This document shows positions 1 to 14,235 of a stretch of 64,000 bases of DNA, in pieces. Under the pieces are notes generated by a model, which was not told the DNA's origin, ran no database searches, and worked only from the letters and a program-made list of their open reading frames with translations. Source of the stretch: Eledone cirrhosa (Eukaryota); contig CAXHJY010001737.1 in NCBI GenBank assembly GCA_964016885.1, positions 1-64,000 of the forward strand, given 5' to 3'. A program made the position numbers and the translations under genes. How positions within the stretch are numbered: the stretch's first letter is position 1; each line of letters starts with the position of its first letter.

Positions 1-221
1 CAAATATAAATATATTTCCCCCATACACATGTGTGTGCGTGCATACGCGCATGCGTACGCGTGCCCATGGGTGCGCGCGAGTGTATGAGTGGGTATGTTC
101 TGTTGAAAGTGTCTCGTGAATTTATGGCTACAGTTGTATAGATTATACTTAGAAATTGTCTACAGAATTCCCTAAACCTTCGTCAATTTACTAGAACCTT
201 TAAGAATTTAGCTTTTAAGGA

Positions 222-391
222 AACATATATATATATATATATATAAATATATATACATATATATATATACATATATATATATGTATATATATATATGTAT
301 ATATATGTATATATATATATGTATATATATATGTATATATATATGTATATATATAAGTATATATATATATGTACATATATATATATATATG

Positions 392-456
<65 letters not shown>
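222..456. repeat. (TA)n/(TATG) compound microsatellite
   Basis: Directly visible; source of the spurious YIYI ORFs. Confidence 0.95.
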
Positions 457-513
457 GAAACAAAATGAAACGAAATTTCATTTCTCACTCTTAGTATGGC
501 ACTTACTTAAATG

Positions 514-949
514 TAAGTATGCATGTATACGTACATACATATATGTATACAGACGTACAGTAGCATGCACATATATATATATATATACATATATACATAC
601 ATATGCATACAGGTACACATACATATATGCACGTATCAGTTTAGCGGCGCTAACGTCGCTTTGTTCGTTGTAAACAAACTGAACAGCCTGAATTTATGCC
701 ATACGGTGTTAAGGCAACCACGTCACCTTTTTGTTCAACACTGACATAAATGACACCGTATGGCATAAATTCAGGCTGTTCAGTTTGTTTACAAACGAAC
801 AAAGCGACGTTAGCGCCGCTAAACTGATACGTGCATATATGTATGTGTACCTGTATGCATATGTATGTATATATGTATATATATATATATATGTGCATGC
901 TACTGTACGTCTGTATACATATATGTATGTACGTATACATGCATACTTA
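514..949. repeat. Fold-back (inverted repeat) element, ~196-bp near-perfect arms 514-709 / 753-949 with 43-bp spacer
   Basis: taagtatgcatg...atacggtgt reverse-complements acaccgtat...catgcatactta; ORFs 523+ and 650- translate nearly identically. Confidence 0.9.
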
Positions 950-1945
<996 letters not shown>

Positions 1946-2140
1946 TAGATAAATCTACCAAGAGTTTACGGTAGTGTCCAATCCGTATGAAGAACTCAAT
2001 GTAATCCGGATATCATGGAAAGAAGAGATGCAATGAAAAATCACTTTCGGTGAAAGATAAACGGAATACAGAGTCAAGATAAAATATTAAAAAAATAATG
2101 AATAAGGAACTGTTTCATTGTTTTATTCATTATTTTTTTA

Positions 2141-3057
<917 letters not shown>

Positions 3058-3863
3058 AAGGATTAGAATACTGGAGCGTGTTGGAGTTAAACACCCTCTT
3101 CGTGTTATAGAAATGACAGTAAAAGGTATAGCTCAATGCAGTTAAACAGAGCCAAAAAATTAAGAGAGTAAAACAAAGAATCCTTTAATACATCAAAAGT
3201 TTTTATTCTCCGACAATGTTTCGTCCTATTAAGGACTCATCAGGGCAATCAAAACAACAAGAAGTAATATCGGCAGATACAAGCCGGAAACTCTGAAGAA
3301 TATGGCAACTAACCTAAATCTAGCAACTAACCTAAATCTAAACAAATTTGGTTATATAGAGCAGGAATTATATATAACACAATGCAATAAACATAATACA
3401 TTATAATAATATACCTTTACCAACATTAAAATTACAAATTAAAAATCAAAAGGTACAATATATACATGTATATATGTGCGCACACACACACACATATATA
3501 ACAATACACCCATCTATGATCAACTACACAAATTAAGCCCTATTAGAAGTTTGAATATAAAAATAAGCATGATAAGAGTGAAAATAATACCAATACATCT
3601 ACCCAATATACATGAGGCAATGATATGATATAATTACAAGAGACACATATAATAAATAATAAACAATAAAATTATATAATTCAATATAATATAATAAAAT
3701 AGATAATCCCCGGTTAGTTTACAGAAACAATATAGATGTCACAATAAAATACAATGATAATACGTAAACAGTGTACTAACATTTACCATAAACAATGTAT
3801 ACAAATCGATTCATACTGGGTTACAGAGTAAATGAGGAAAAATAAATTATATAATACTCAAAA
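3058..3863 (-). repeat. Inverted pseudo-LTR/5' segment of the PLE
   Basis: Reverse complement of 4136-5056 with a ~130-bp internal deletion and a short gcaactaacctaaatcta duplication. Confidence 0.9.
3205..3249 (-). ncRNA. Minimal type I hammerhead ribozyme (inverted pLTR copy; stem I weakened)
   Basis: Minus strand reads attgcc CTGATGA gtcct-taat-aggac GAAA cattGTC ggagaat. Confidence 0.75.
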
Positions 3864-3864
3864 G

Positions 3865-4954
3865 ATTATTTTATGTCAATTTATAATATATTATATTATA
3901 TTGTATTGTAATATTGATCCTTATTACTTACTGTTCATTATATGTAACATTATGACATTTAAACTTTGTATATCATGTAAGATGTCTGTATATTTTGTAA
4001 TATTGTAATATTGATCCTTATTACTTACTGTTCATTATATGTAACATTATGATATTAGACTTTACATATCATGTAAGATGTCTGTATATATTTTTTCTGT
4101 ACCATCATAATTTTTACAGTACCATTATAGTGTTTTTTTGAGTATTATATAATTTATTTTTCCTCATTTACTCTGTAACCCAGTATGAATCGATTTGTAT
4201 ACATTGTTTATGGTAAATGTTAGTACACTGTTTACGTATTATCATTGTATTTTATTGACATCTATATTGTTTCTGTAAACTAACCGGGGATTATCTATTT
4301 TATTATATTATATTGAATTATATAATTTTATTGTTTATTATTTATTATATGTGTCTCTTGTAATTATATCATATTATTGCCTCATGTATATTGGGTAGAT
4401 GTATTGGTATTATTTTCACTCTTATTTTTCATGCTTATTTTTATATTCAAACTTCTAATAGGGCTTAATTTGTGTAGTTGATCATAGATGGGTGTATTGT
4501 TATATATGTGTGTGTGTGTGCGCACATATATGCATGTATATATTGTACCTTTTGATTTTTAATTTGTAATTTTAATGTTGGTAAAGGTATATTATTATAA
4601 TGTATTATGTTTATTGCATTGTGTTATATATAATTCCTGCTCTATATAACCAAATTTGTTTAGATTTAGGTTAGTTGCTTTGGACTATATTTGTAATATG
4701 GTTCTTAATGTTATCTACATCCTTAGTTATTCTTATTATTATATATTTTTATTTTTATTTTCATTTTTATTATCATATATTTTTGTAAAACTTTAGTGTA
4801 TGCACACTCCATATTCTTCAGAGTTTCCGGCTTGTATCTGCCGATATTACTTCTTGTTGTTTTGATTGCCCTGATGAGTCCTTAATAGGACGAAACATTG
4901 TCGGCTAATAAAAACTTTTGATGTATTAAAGGATTCTTTGTTTTACTCTCTTAA
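3865..4954 (+). repeat. 5' pseudo-LTR of the PLE
   Basis: Near-identical direct repeat of 8653-9781. Confidence 0.9.
4865..4909 (+). ncRNA. Minimal type I hammerhead ribozyme in 5' pLTR; predicted cleavage after C4902 (GUC)
   Basis: attgcc CTGATGA gtcct(taat)aggac GAAA c-att-GTC ggctaat; AATAAA overlaps its 3' end. Confidence 0.85.
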
Positions 4955-5132
4955 TTTTTTGGCTCTGTTTAACTGGATTGAGCTATACCGTTTACTGTCA
5001 TTTCTATAATACGAAGAGGGTGTTTAACTCCAACACGCTCCAGTATTCTAATCCTTGTAACTGCTCCCGACTGGTTGAGCTTACTCACATATATACTGGT
5101 ATTTTGGCCTTTATATATATTTATCTGACAGT

Positions 5133-7789
5133 ATGCTAACAAAGAGTTACCTGCCTTTATCTCTGAAAAATATTCCCACCCCCTCTAAGAATACTTACCA
5201 AAAAACTACTGATAGCTAGTGTTAACTCCTTTGTAAAAAGGATTAGATGGCGTGCATTCTACTACGATAATAATAAGAATAGGATGGACCCCAGGAATAG
5301 AACAAATTTTAATAACTATGGCTTCAAAACTTATAAGAGCCCACCACACAACATAGTTTTGAAAGTGACTTACTCTCTCTGGTCAAAAATGTTAGATTTA
5401 GGCCAAATAATAGACATAGAAATTATGATAATTTCGATAAGTTCCAGTCCAGACTTAAAAATATTGTTAAGGGTTTCGGTGAGAATAAGTCCATTCTTGT
5501 CCCGGCAGATAAGACTAAGAATCTATACTCCATGGACTATAGTACATACCGCGATTTTATTTATAAAGAGTTATATAGAAACTATAAAAAAACTACGCTT
5601 GAGAATTTGAACCACATCAATAGTGAGGGCCTTAGAATAGTCTCTGACCTCGGACTCGATAAGTATACCCAGCCATATTACCCTCGAGAACCGAGATTCA
5701 CACTTAAGGATCATAAGGTTGATTTTATTAGTAACCCCTCAGTTAGACTTATCTGTCCTTCTAAGTCGGATATAGCCATTATCAGTAAAAAAATCCTTGA
5801 CCTTATTATACCAGATGTTAGGGATAAGGTTAATTTTAACCTATGGGGGAACACTAGGGAAGTTATAGATTGGTTCTCTGGGATTAATAGACTTGAATCT
5901 AATAAGTTTATCCAATTCGATATTGATGCCTACTACACATCAATTTCACCCATCCTCCCCAATAAAGCCTTAATGTTGGCCATGAGAGTGTCCAGCCTTA
6001 CACGATCGCAGGTAGATATTATACTAGCAGCCCGTAAAACTATTATTAAATTTGAGGACACATTTTGGACCCGTAATTTCGACGTTACAATGGGTTCGAG
6101 TGATTCGGCCCAGGTTACTGATCTTGTTGGGTTGTTCCTCCTTAATGAACTATACGCTACCTTCCCGCACCTTATAGGCGGACTATATCGTGATGATGCA
6201 TTGTTTGTAATTAACTCTAGCACCAACAATGTAGAACATAATAAGAAGAAGCTTTATAAGTTTTTTAAAAGCTACAACCTTTCGATCACGATAGATAGAA
6301 ATGATAGAGCGGTTAACTTTTTAGATGTGACTTTGGACTTGGCCACTAATAGTTTTAAACCCTTCCATAAGCCTAATGAAATTCTTTCTTATGTTAGCCC
6401 CAACTCTAACCACCCTAAGTCTATGATAAACTCTATAATTAGGGGCGTATCTAATAGGATTTCCACACTATCTAAGGACATAAGAACATTTAATGAACAT
6501 GCGGAATACTACAATAATGCCCTAGCAAATTCAGGTCACTCTAGTAAAATAAATTATAATGATAGTAACCTTAGAAAGTGTCCGCTTACTCTTAATAATA
6601 ATAACATTATATCACATAACATGGCCATGAATGGGAGTAGCAAATATAGTAACCGTAGAATTTATATAGGTGTATCTGAACCCACCCATAAGTTAACCCA
6701 CCGGACTCGTAATAGCAAATATAATACCTCTAGGAGACAAGTCGAATCCCCTGTGCGCTCACGCATCGGTGTTGGTTTTGCTGGATCTTATTCTAATAAT
6801 GTTGCTCCTAGTGATCCTATCATTGGCCCTAATCCTCTTGAAGAGATTCCGGACAACAGCAGATCTACTGGAGGTAGAAACTATAATAGACATAACGAAA
6901 TTATGGCTGATTCTATGAATGTGGCTTCAACTAATCCTGATAGTAACCCTAGTCTCGACGGTGGGACATTTGATAGAGGTAGGGTCGGTAAGAATAAAAA
7001 TAAAAATAGAAGGCGATTAAATACTTATTTTAACCCGCCATATAATCAGGATGTATCAACTAATATCCCTAGGTCTTTCTTCACTATCTTAGAGAAAAAT
7101 TTCCCCCCTTCTCATAAATACCATGGTATTTTTAATAAAAATGTTATTAAACTCTCATTCTCTACCACCCCTAATATTAGTTCTCATTTAGCTAGCACTA
7201 ATAATAGGAAAATTAGGGATGGATTCTCCTCTCTACATACTACTAGTCTGAACGGATCTGACAATGCTTTACCACCAGAACAGTCCTTATCTAATAGAGG
7301 TCCTACGTGTAATACATCACCACTCGAGCCAACCAATAACACCCGGAAGTGCAATTGTAGAGTGAGTGCTAACTGCCCTCTAAATGGTAACTGCCTTTCT
7401 AAGAACATTGTCTACGCTTGCGAAGTTATAACTAATTCCTCTAATAGAACGTATATAGGATCTACTTCAAACACTTTTAAGACTAGGTTTAACTCTCATA
7501 TCTCTAACTTCAAACATGTTAGGTTTAAGAATTCTACCTCTTTAGCGCATTATATCTGGGATCTTATATACCATATAGCCTTAACTGGCGTTTAGTAGCA
7601 CGCTCTAACCACCTTTCTACACATAGTAAGTTTTGTAATCTCTGTATACTTGAGACACACTCTATTATTTTCTCTAGCGTATCCTTACTTAGAGAGTCTG
7701 AGATATTCTCTTCTTGCCCCCACGCCATTTCTAATTCTTATTTTTATTATAAACCCAAACGTTCTAGTAGTACAAATTGTACCCATTAG
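5133..7789 (+). pseudogene. PLE polyprotein: reverse transcriptase + C-terminal GIY-YIG endonuclease, disrupted by ~3 frameshifts
   Basis: N-terminal SLKNIP...KRIRWRAFY and ADKTKNLY in shifted frames; RT motifs FIQFDIDAYYTSI, FDVTMGSSDSAQ, GLYRDD; CNCRVSANCPLNGNC, IVY...YIGST..FKTRFNSH; shifted tail WRLV...CNLC..E...SSCPH ending at TAG 7789. The longest open part is 5532-7595. Confidence 0.9.
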
Positions 7790-8652
7790 CAGATATATTC
7801 CATTACTTAGTTTTTAGTTTAGGTTCTTTTGTTTGCCAACATTATTGTTATCATCATTATTACCATTGGTTTTTGATGACTCTTCATTCTAGCTCTCATA
7901 ATCATTTGGCTACTGTACCATATCTATGTTTTCACTATTACACCTTGTTAATATACATAAGATTACACGCTTTACGCCACTTACGTTATTCTATTATTAT
8001 CTTTATTTTTATTTTTATTATTAATTTTATTTTTAATTTTATTTTTATTCAGATTCATCTTTGGACAACCCCCCCCTCCCCCTCCCATGCGCACATAAAC
8101 TTATTGTCAACCCCTCCAGATTGACTATGATTATATTTAACCCCCCCCTCTTTTACGCTTCATTCTATTATTTATTATAGTATATCGACTATATTTTATG
8201 CCACTTCGCACCCTCCATACATTTCGTCAATTCTGTCCCCATTAGCCTACCTTAATTCTACTTAAGTCAGTTTTTTAGATATCGTTGCGTATATGATAGT
8301 AAAAAATGTTCATTCCTTTTTGTAAACATTTGTAATGAAACATTAAAGTTTATAAACTTTAATGACTTAAACTACAGCTAATATTATACTACCTTATTGG
8401 ATAGGTTTGATATTTTTAATATTAATTTATCAAATAGGGTTTTGAGTCAATTAAAATGATTGTTTTCCTTAGTGTTTACCTAATTTCTTAACCGCATGTG
8501 AGGCCTTAGTGTGTATATATTTGCTTTTGTTTTGTAATTTCCGGTTGATTATATTTATTTATTTATTTCATTCTATATTCTATTTACTATTCACTGTCTG
8601 GCTTTGCTTACACATCCACATATGTCTGTCTACTAACCTTGTAATTATAAGT

Positions 8653-9287
8653 ATTATTTTATGTCAATTTATAATATATTATATTATATTGTATTGTAAT
8701 ATTGATCCTTATTACTTATTGTTCATTATATGTAACATTATGACATTTAAACTTTATATATCATGTAAGATGTCTGTATATTTTGTAATATTGCTAATAT
8801 TGATCCTTATTACTTAATGTTCATTATATATAACATTATGATATTTAGACTTTACATATCATGTAAGATGTCTGTATATATTTTTTTCTGTACCATCATA
8901 ATTTTTACAGTACCATTATAGTGTTTTTTTGAGTATTATATAATTTATTTTTCCTCATTTACTCTGTAACCCAGTATGAATCGATTTGTATACATTGTTT
9001 ATGGTAAATGTTAGTACACTGTTTACGTATTATCATTGTATTTTATTGACATCTATATTGTTTCTGTAAACTAACCGGGGATTATCTATTTTATTATATT
9101 ATATTGAATTATATAATTTTATTGTTTATTATTTATTATATGTGTCTCTTGTAATTATATCATATCATTGCCTCATGTATATTGGGTAGATGTATTGGTA
9201 TTATTTTCACTCTTATCATGCTTATTTTTATATTCAAACTTCTAATAGGGCTTAATTTGTGTAGTTGATCATAGATGGGTGTATTGT

Positions 9288-9340
<53 letters not shown>

Positions 9341-9781
9341 GCGCACATATATACATGTATATATTGTACCTTTTGATTTTTAATTTGTAATTTTAATGTT
9401 GGTAAAGGTATATTATTATAATGTATTATGTTTATTGCATTGTGTTATATATAATTCCTGCTCTATATAACCAAATTTGTTTAGATTTAGGTTAGTTGCT
9501 TTGGACTATATTTGTAATATGGTTCTTAATGTTATCTACATCCTTAGTTATTCTTATTATTATATATTTTTATTATTTTTATTTTTATTTTCATTTTATT
9601 ATCATATTTTTGTAAAACTTTAGTGTATGCACACTCCATATTCTTCAGAGTTTCCGGCTTGTATCTGCCGATATTACTTCTTGTTGTTTTGATTGCCCTG
9701 ATGAGTCCTTAATAGGACGAAACATTGTCGGCTAATAAAAACTTTTGATGTATTAAATGATTCTTTGTTTTACTCTCTTAA
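8653..9781 (+). repeat. 3' pseudo-LTR of the PLE
   Basis: Direct repeat of 3865-4954, ending at the (TA)n junction. Confidence 0.9.
9692..9736 (+). ncRNA. Minimal type I hammerhead ribozyme in 3' pLTR; predicted cleavage after C9729
   Basis: Identical to 4865-4909. Confidence 0.85.
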
Positions 9782-10494
9782 TATATATATATATATAATA
9801 TATATATATATAATATATATATATATATATAATATATAATATATATATATAATATATAATATATATATATAATATATAATATATATATATAATATATATA
9901 TATAATATATAATATATATATATAATATATATATATAATATATATATATATAATATATAAATATAATATATATATATATAATATATATATATATAATATA
10001 TATATATATATATAATATATATATATAAATATATATATATATAATATATATATATATAAATATAATATATATAAATATAATATATATATATATATATATA
10101 TAATATATATAAATATAATATATATATATATAATATATATATATATATAATATATATATATATATATAATATATATATATAATATATATATATATATATA
10201 ATATATATATATATATAATATATATAATATATATATATATATATAATATATATATATAATATATATATATATATGTACATATATATATATATATATGTAC
10301 ATATATATATATATATCTATAATATATATATGTACATATATATATATGTACATATATATATATATGTATATATATAATATATATGTATATATATAATATA
10401 TATGTACATATATATATATAATATATATATACATATATATATATAATATATATATATATAATATATATATATATATATAATATATAAATATATC

Positions 10495-10541
<47 letters not shown>

Positions 10542-10596
10542 ATATATATAATATATAAATATATATATATATAATATATAAATATATATATATATA

Positions 10597-10674
<78 letters not shown>

Positions 10675-10688
10675 AATATATATTATAT
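9782..10688. repeat. (TA)n/(TAA) compound microsatellite, right flank of PLE
   Basis: Directly visible. Confidence 0.95.
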
Positions 10689-11086
10689 TGGACACTGACC
10701 AAGAGACTCACTCAGATGGTGGATGGGTGCTACACGAGAATGCTGAGGATGGCTCTGAACATTAATCAGTATACACTGAGGATGAAAAACTCAGAGCTGT
10801 ATGGGAGCATCTCAAAAGTCAGCTCAAAAGTGACACAGAGGAGACTGAGGTTGGCTGGACATGCTCACCGACATCCAGAGTTGACATTGCACTAGGTGCT
10901 CCTTTGGGAGCCCCTACATGGACACACTAGAAGAGGAAGACCAAGGTTAACATATGTTGATGCCCTAAGGACAGACACTGGTCTGTTGGAGATGCAGGAT
11001 ATGGCAGCGATAATGAGGGACAGAGACCGCTGGAGAGAACTCGTCCATGGATCTCGGGAATTTTACCCGCCTTAGATAGATAGATA
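10689..11086 (+). mobile_element. 5'-truncated non-LTR (RTE-type) LINE 3' end with (GATA)n tail
   Basis: Translates WTLTKRLTQMVDGCYTRMLRMAL...RRLRLAGHAHRH...RRGRPRLTYVD...RDRWRE with one internal stop; ends tagatagatagata. Confidence 0.8.
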
Positions 11087-11136
11087 TTTATATTATATAT
11101 ATATATATATAATATATATATATATAATATATATAT

Positions 11137-11197
<61 letters not shown>

Positions 11198-11315
11198 ATA
11201 TATATATATATATATTATTTATATATATATAATATATATATAATATATATATATATATAATATATATATATATAATATATATATATATAATATATATATA
11301 GTTTTAATATAGATG

Positions 11316-11366
11316 AGATTCTACAGGACTAGAACTGTTTCATTCTTTAGAAATCATCAGGAATCT
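11316..11366 (-). ncRNA. Type I hammerhead ribozyme, family 2 (GUA cleavage triplet)
   Basis: Minus strand: agattc CTGATGA t-ttc(taaa)gaa-t GAAA cag(ttctagtc)ctg TA gaatct; all three stems pair. Confidence 0.78.
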
Positions 11367-11980
11367 GGGTATCAAAAAATAAGTATGGTATTTATAGGTC
11401 TCTACAAGTGGTAGGAGAGGGTGGGGAGTGGGATGGGTGTAGGTCATTGGTTGATAGAAAAGGGAATTCATTAAAAGCTAAAATCATTAAGGTTCTACTA
11501 AGTGACAAAGGTTTAGAGAATTCTGTAGACAAATTCAAAATATTGAGTGCATTCTTACAATTATCCTCAAAGTTCTCTTGAACTATTCAACTATATGCCA
11601 GAAATCGACAGACACATTCACAAAACACACTCACTCACACACTCGCGTGCCACCATAAACACACATACACATACACATATACACACATAAAAACACACAT
11701 ACACATGTATATAAATATATTTATATACATATATACACACATACACATATATATATATATATATATACATACACACACGCGCACACATATATACACACGT
11801 GTATATATATATATATATATATACACACATAAATATATACATACATACACACACATACACACACACATACATACATATATATATACACACACACACATAC
11901 ATACATATATATACACACACACACACATATACACATATCTTGTAGAGACCTATAAATACCATACTTATTTTTTGATACCC

Positions 11981-12031
11981 AGATTCCTGATAATTTCTAA
12001 AGAATGAAACAGTTCTAGTCCTGTAGAATCT
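11981..12031 (+). ncRNA. Hammerhead family 2 copy with G8A core mutation (probably inactive)
   Basis: agattc CTGATAA tttctaaagaat GAAA cagttctagtcctg TA gaatct. Confidence 0.65.
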
Positions 12032-12204
12032 CATCTATATTAAAACTTTTATACTCTGCAATGTATTGAGTACCTTACTTACTGTGGTTACCTCCGATTC
12101 AACCCGGAATAACGTAATATATATATATATATATTATATATATATATATATATTATATATATATATTATATATTTATATATGTACATATATATATAATAT
12201 GTAC

Positions 12205-12252
<48 letters not shown>

Positions 12253-12266
12253 CATATATATATATA

Positions 12267-12709
12267 TATTAGGTATAGGATTATTCAAGATGTAGTGATG
12301 GTTAATTACTACACTGGATATGGTTGACGTACGGTAAGAGGTTACTCTACGAGTTATGGAAGAATTGTTCAAGAAACTTAGTTCCTGGTCCTTCAGTATT
12401 CCGGAGTGTATATAAAGAATGAATAATAACAGGTAGACATCATAAAAATACTTGTGAATTTGCACGTAGCGGAACTAGGCTGCAGTACCACCGTGGAAAC
12501 ACTTGTAAGCACACGGAATAAATTACCTTTTTATGATGTCTACCTGTTATTATTCATTCTTTATATACACTCCGGAATACTGAAGGACCAGGAACTAAGT
12601 TTCTTGAACAATTCTTCCATAACTCGTAGAGTAACCTCTTACCGTACGTCAACCATATCCAGTGTAGTAATTAACCATCACTACATCTTGGATAATCCTA
12701 TACCTAATA
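12267..12709. repeat. Fold-back element, 182-bp arms 12267-12448 / 12528-12709
   Basis: Arms reverse-complement with 1 mismatch; ORFs 12166- and 12454+ translate near-identically. Confidence 0.9.
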
Positions 12710-12811
12710 ATCGCCTCCTACATAGTTGAGCAACCACACCGACATATATACCATCGAAAGATTTATCGTCATGTTTCATAATTAATTAAATAAATATCTT
12801 AACTAAATATA

Positions 12812-13460
12812 CTACATTTTAAATTTATATTTAAACGTTGAGTTCAATCTATGTCTGCAGCAACTGAATAAATTGCTTCTTAGATTAAGGGAATTTTTAG
12901 ATTTTAATATAAAGAATATCTCCTCCACGCAGAGGTCACATGTCTCAGATGAGGAATTAAAAGGAATCCCTCTTGAGACTATATTCCAAAACAACGAATA
13001 TCCAACATTATCATGTTTAAGTTGCCAGAGTAAGCCTGATAGTGAAATTGAAGATTTTTTGCCTGGATCTGTGAAAGAATTCTTATGATTATTATAGCGA
13101 AGTTTAAATTCTGTCGAGGTGGAACCAACATAGTTAAAAGAATTTAAGTCAGTTTTAACATTACAATTGTATATTATATTTTTAACTAAGCAATTGTTAT
13201 TTAACGGACATTTAGATTTATTTCTACAGTTGCAGTTGTTTAGTTGAATATTGTTTAGGCTATTATCGGTATTTTGGCTAGGTTTTAGATTCCTATTATT
13301 TATTCTGTTAATATTTTGTGCTAAGTTTTTGGTTGACGAGTAAGTTAATTTTATAGTATGTCTATTAAAAATTGAGTGATATTTATGTGTTCTAGGGAAG
13401 CGTTTGTCAAGAGCATTAAAAAATAGTTTAGCAATGTGGGTTTTAATATTTAGTGAGAAA
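12812..13460 (-). mobile_element. 5'-truncated second Penelope-like element: linker + intact GIY-YIG endonuclease C-terminus
   Basis: [61 protein letters not shown]; homologous to but diverged from the 5133-7789 element. Confidence 0.88.
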
Positions 13461-13643
13461 TATATATATTTAGTGAGAAATATATATATATATATATAAA
13501 TATGTATATATATAAATATGTATATATATATATGTATATATATAAATATATATATATATATGTATATACATATAGGTATATATATATGTATATATATGTA
13601 TATATATATGTGTGTGTAAGTATATATATATTTGTATATATAA

Positions 13644-14235
13644 CTCGATTCTTCTCTCCATTCGAACCCATTCATTCAATAACTTCTATGTCACACTATA
13701 TCATATTTTCACCATTCTATATCATATCTTTTCTCTAAAAATCATATTTTCCCTATCACCGCATTATCTCTATCGTATTTTCTTAAACAAAACAAATCTT
13801 GTATTTTCGTTTATTGTTAAATTATGCCCAATTTTTTCTCGATTCTTCTCTCCATTCGAACCCATTCATTCAATCACTTCTATGTCCTAATTTCACACTA
13901 TATCATATTTTCACCATTCTATATCATATCTTTTCTCTAAAGATCATATTTTCCCTATCACCGCATTTTCTCTATCGTATTTTCTTAAACAAAACAAATC
14001 TTGTATTTTCGTTTATTGTTAAATTATGCCCAATTTTTTCTCGATTCTTCTCTCCATTCGAACCCATTCATTCAATCACTTCTATGTCCTAATTTCACAC
14101 TATATCATATTTTAACCATTCTATATCATATCTTTTCTCTAAAAATCATATTTTCCCTATCACCGCATTTTCTCTATCGTATTTTCTTAAACAAAACAAA
14201 TCTTGTATTTTCGTTTATTGTTAAATTATGCCCAA
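13644..14235 (+). repeat. Three tandem ~202-bp monomers at the LINE 5' end
   Basis: ctcgattcttctctccattcgaaccc starts at 13644, 13838, 14040. Confidence 0.92.

Larger units (their letters stand above)
3058..9781 (+). mobile_element. Penelope-like retroelement (PLE) with inverted 5' segment and tandem pseudo-LTRs, inserted in (TA)n
   Basis: Direct repeats 3865-4954 and 8653-9781 (~1.1 kb) flank an RT+GIY-YIG ORF; 3058-3863 is an inverted copy of 4136-5056; hammerhead motif in each copy. Confidence 0.92.
11301..12046. repeat. Inverted repeat element, 108-bp arms 11301-11408 / 11939-12046, each containing a hammerhead motif
   Basis: Arms are reverse complements with a single core difference (CTGATGA vs CTGATAA). 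Confidence 0.85.
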
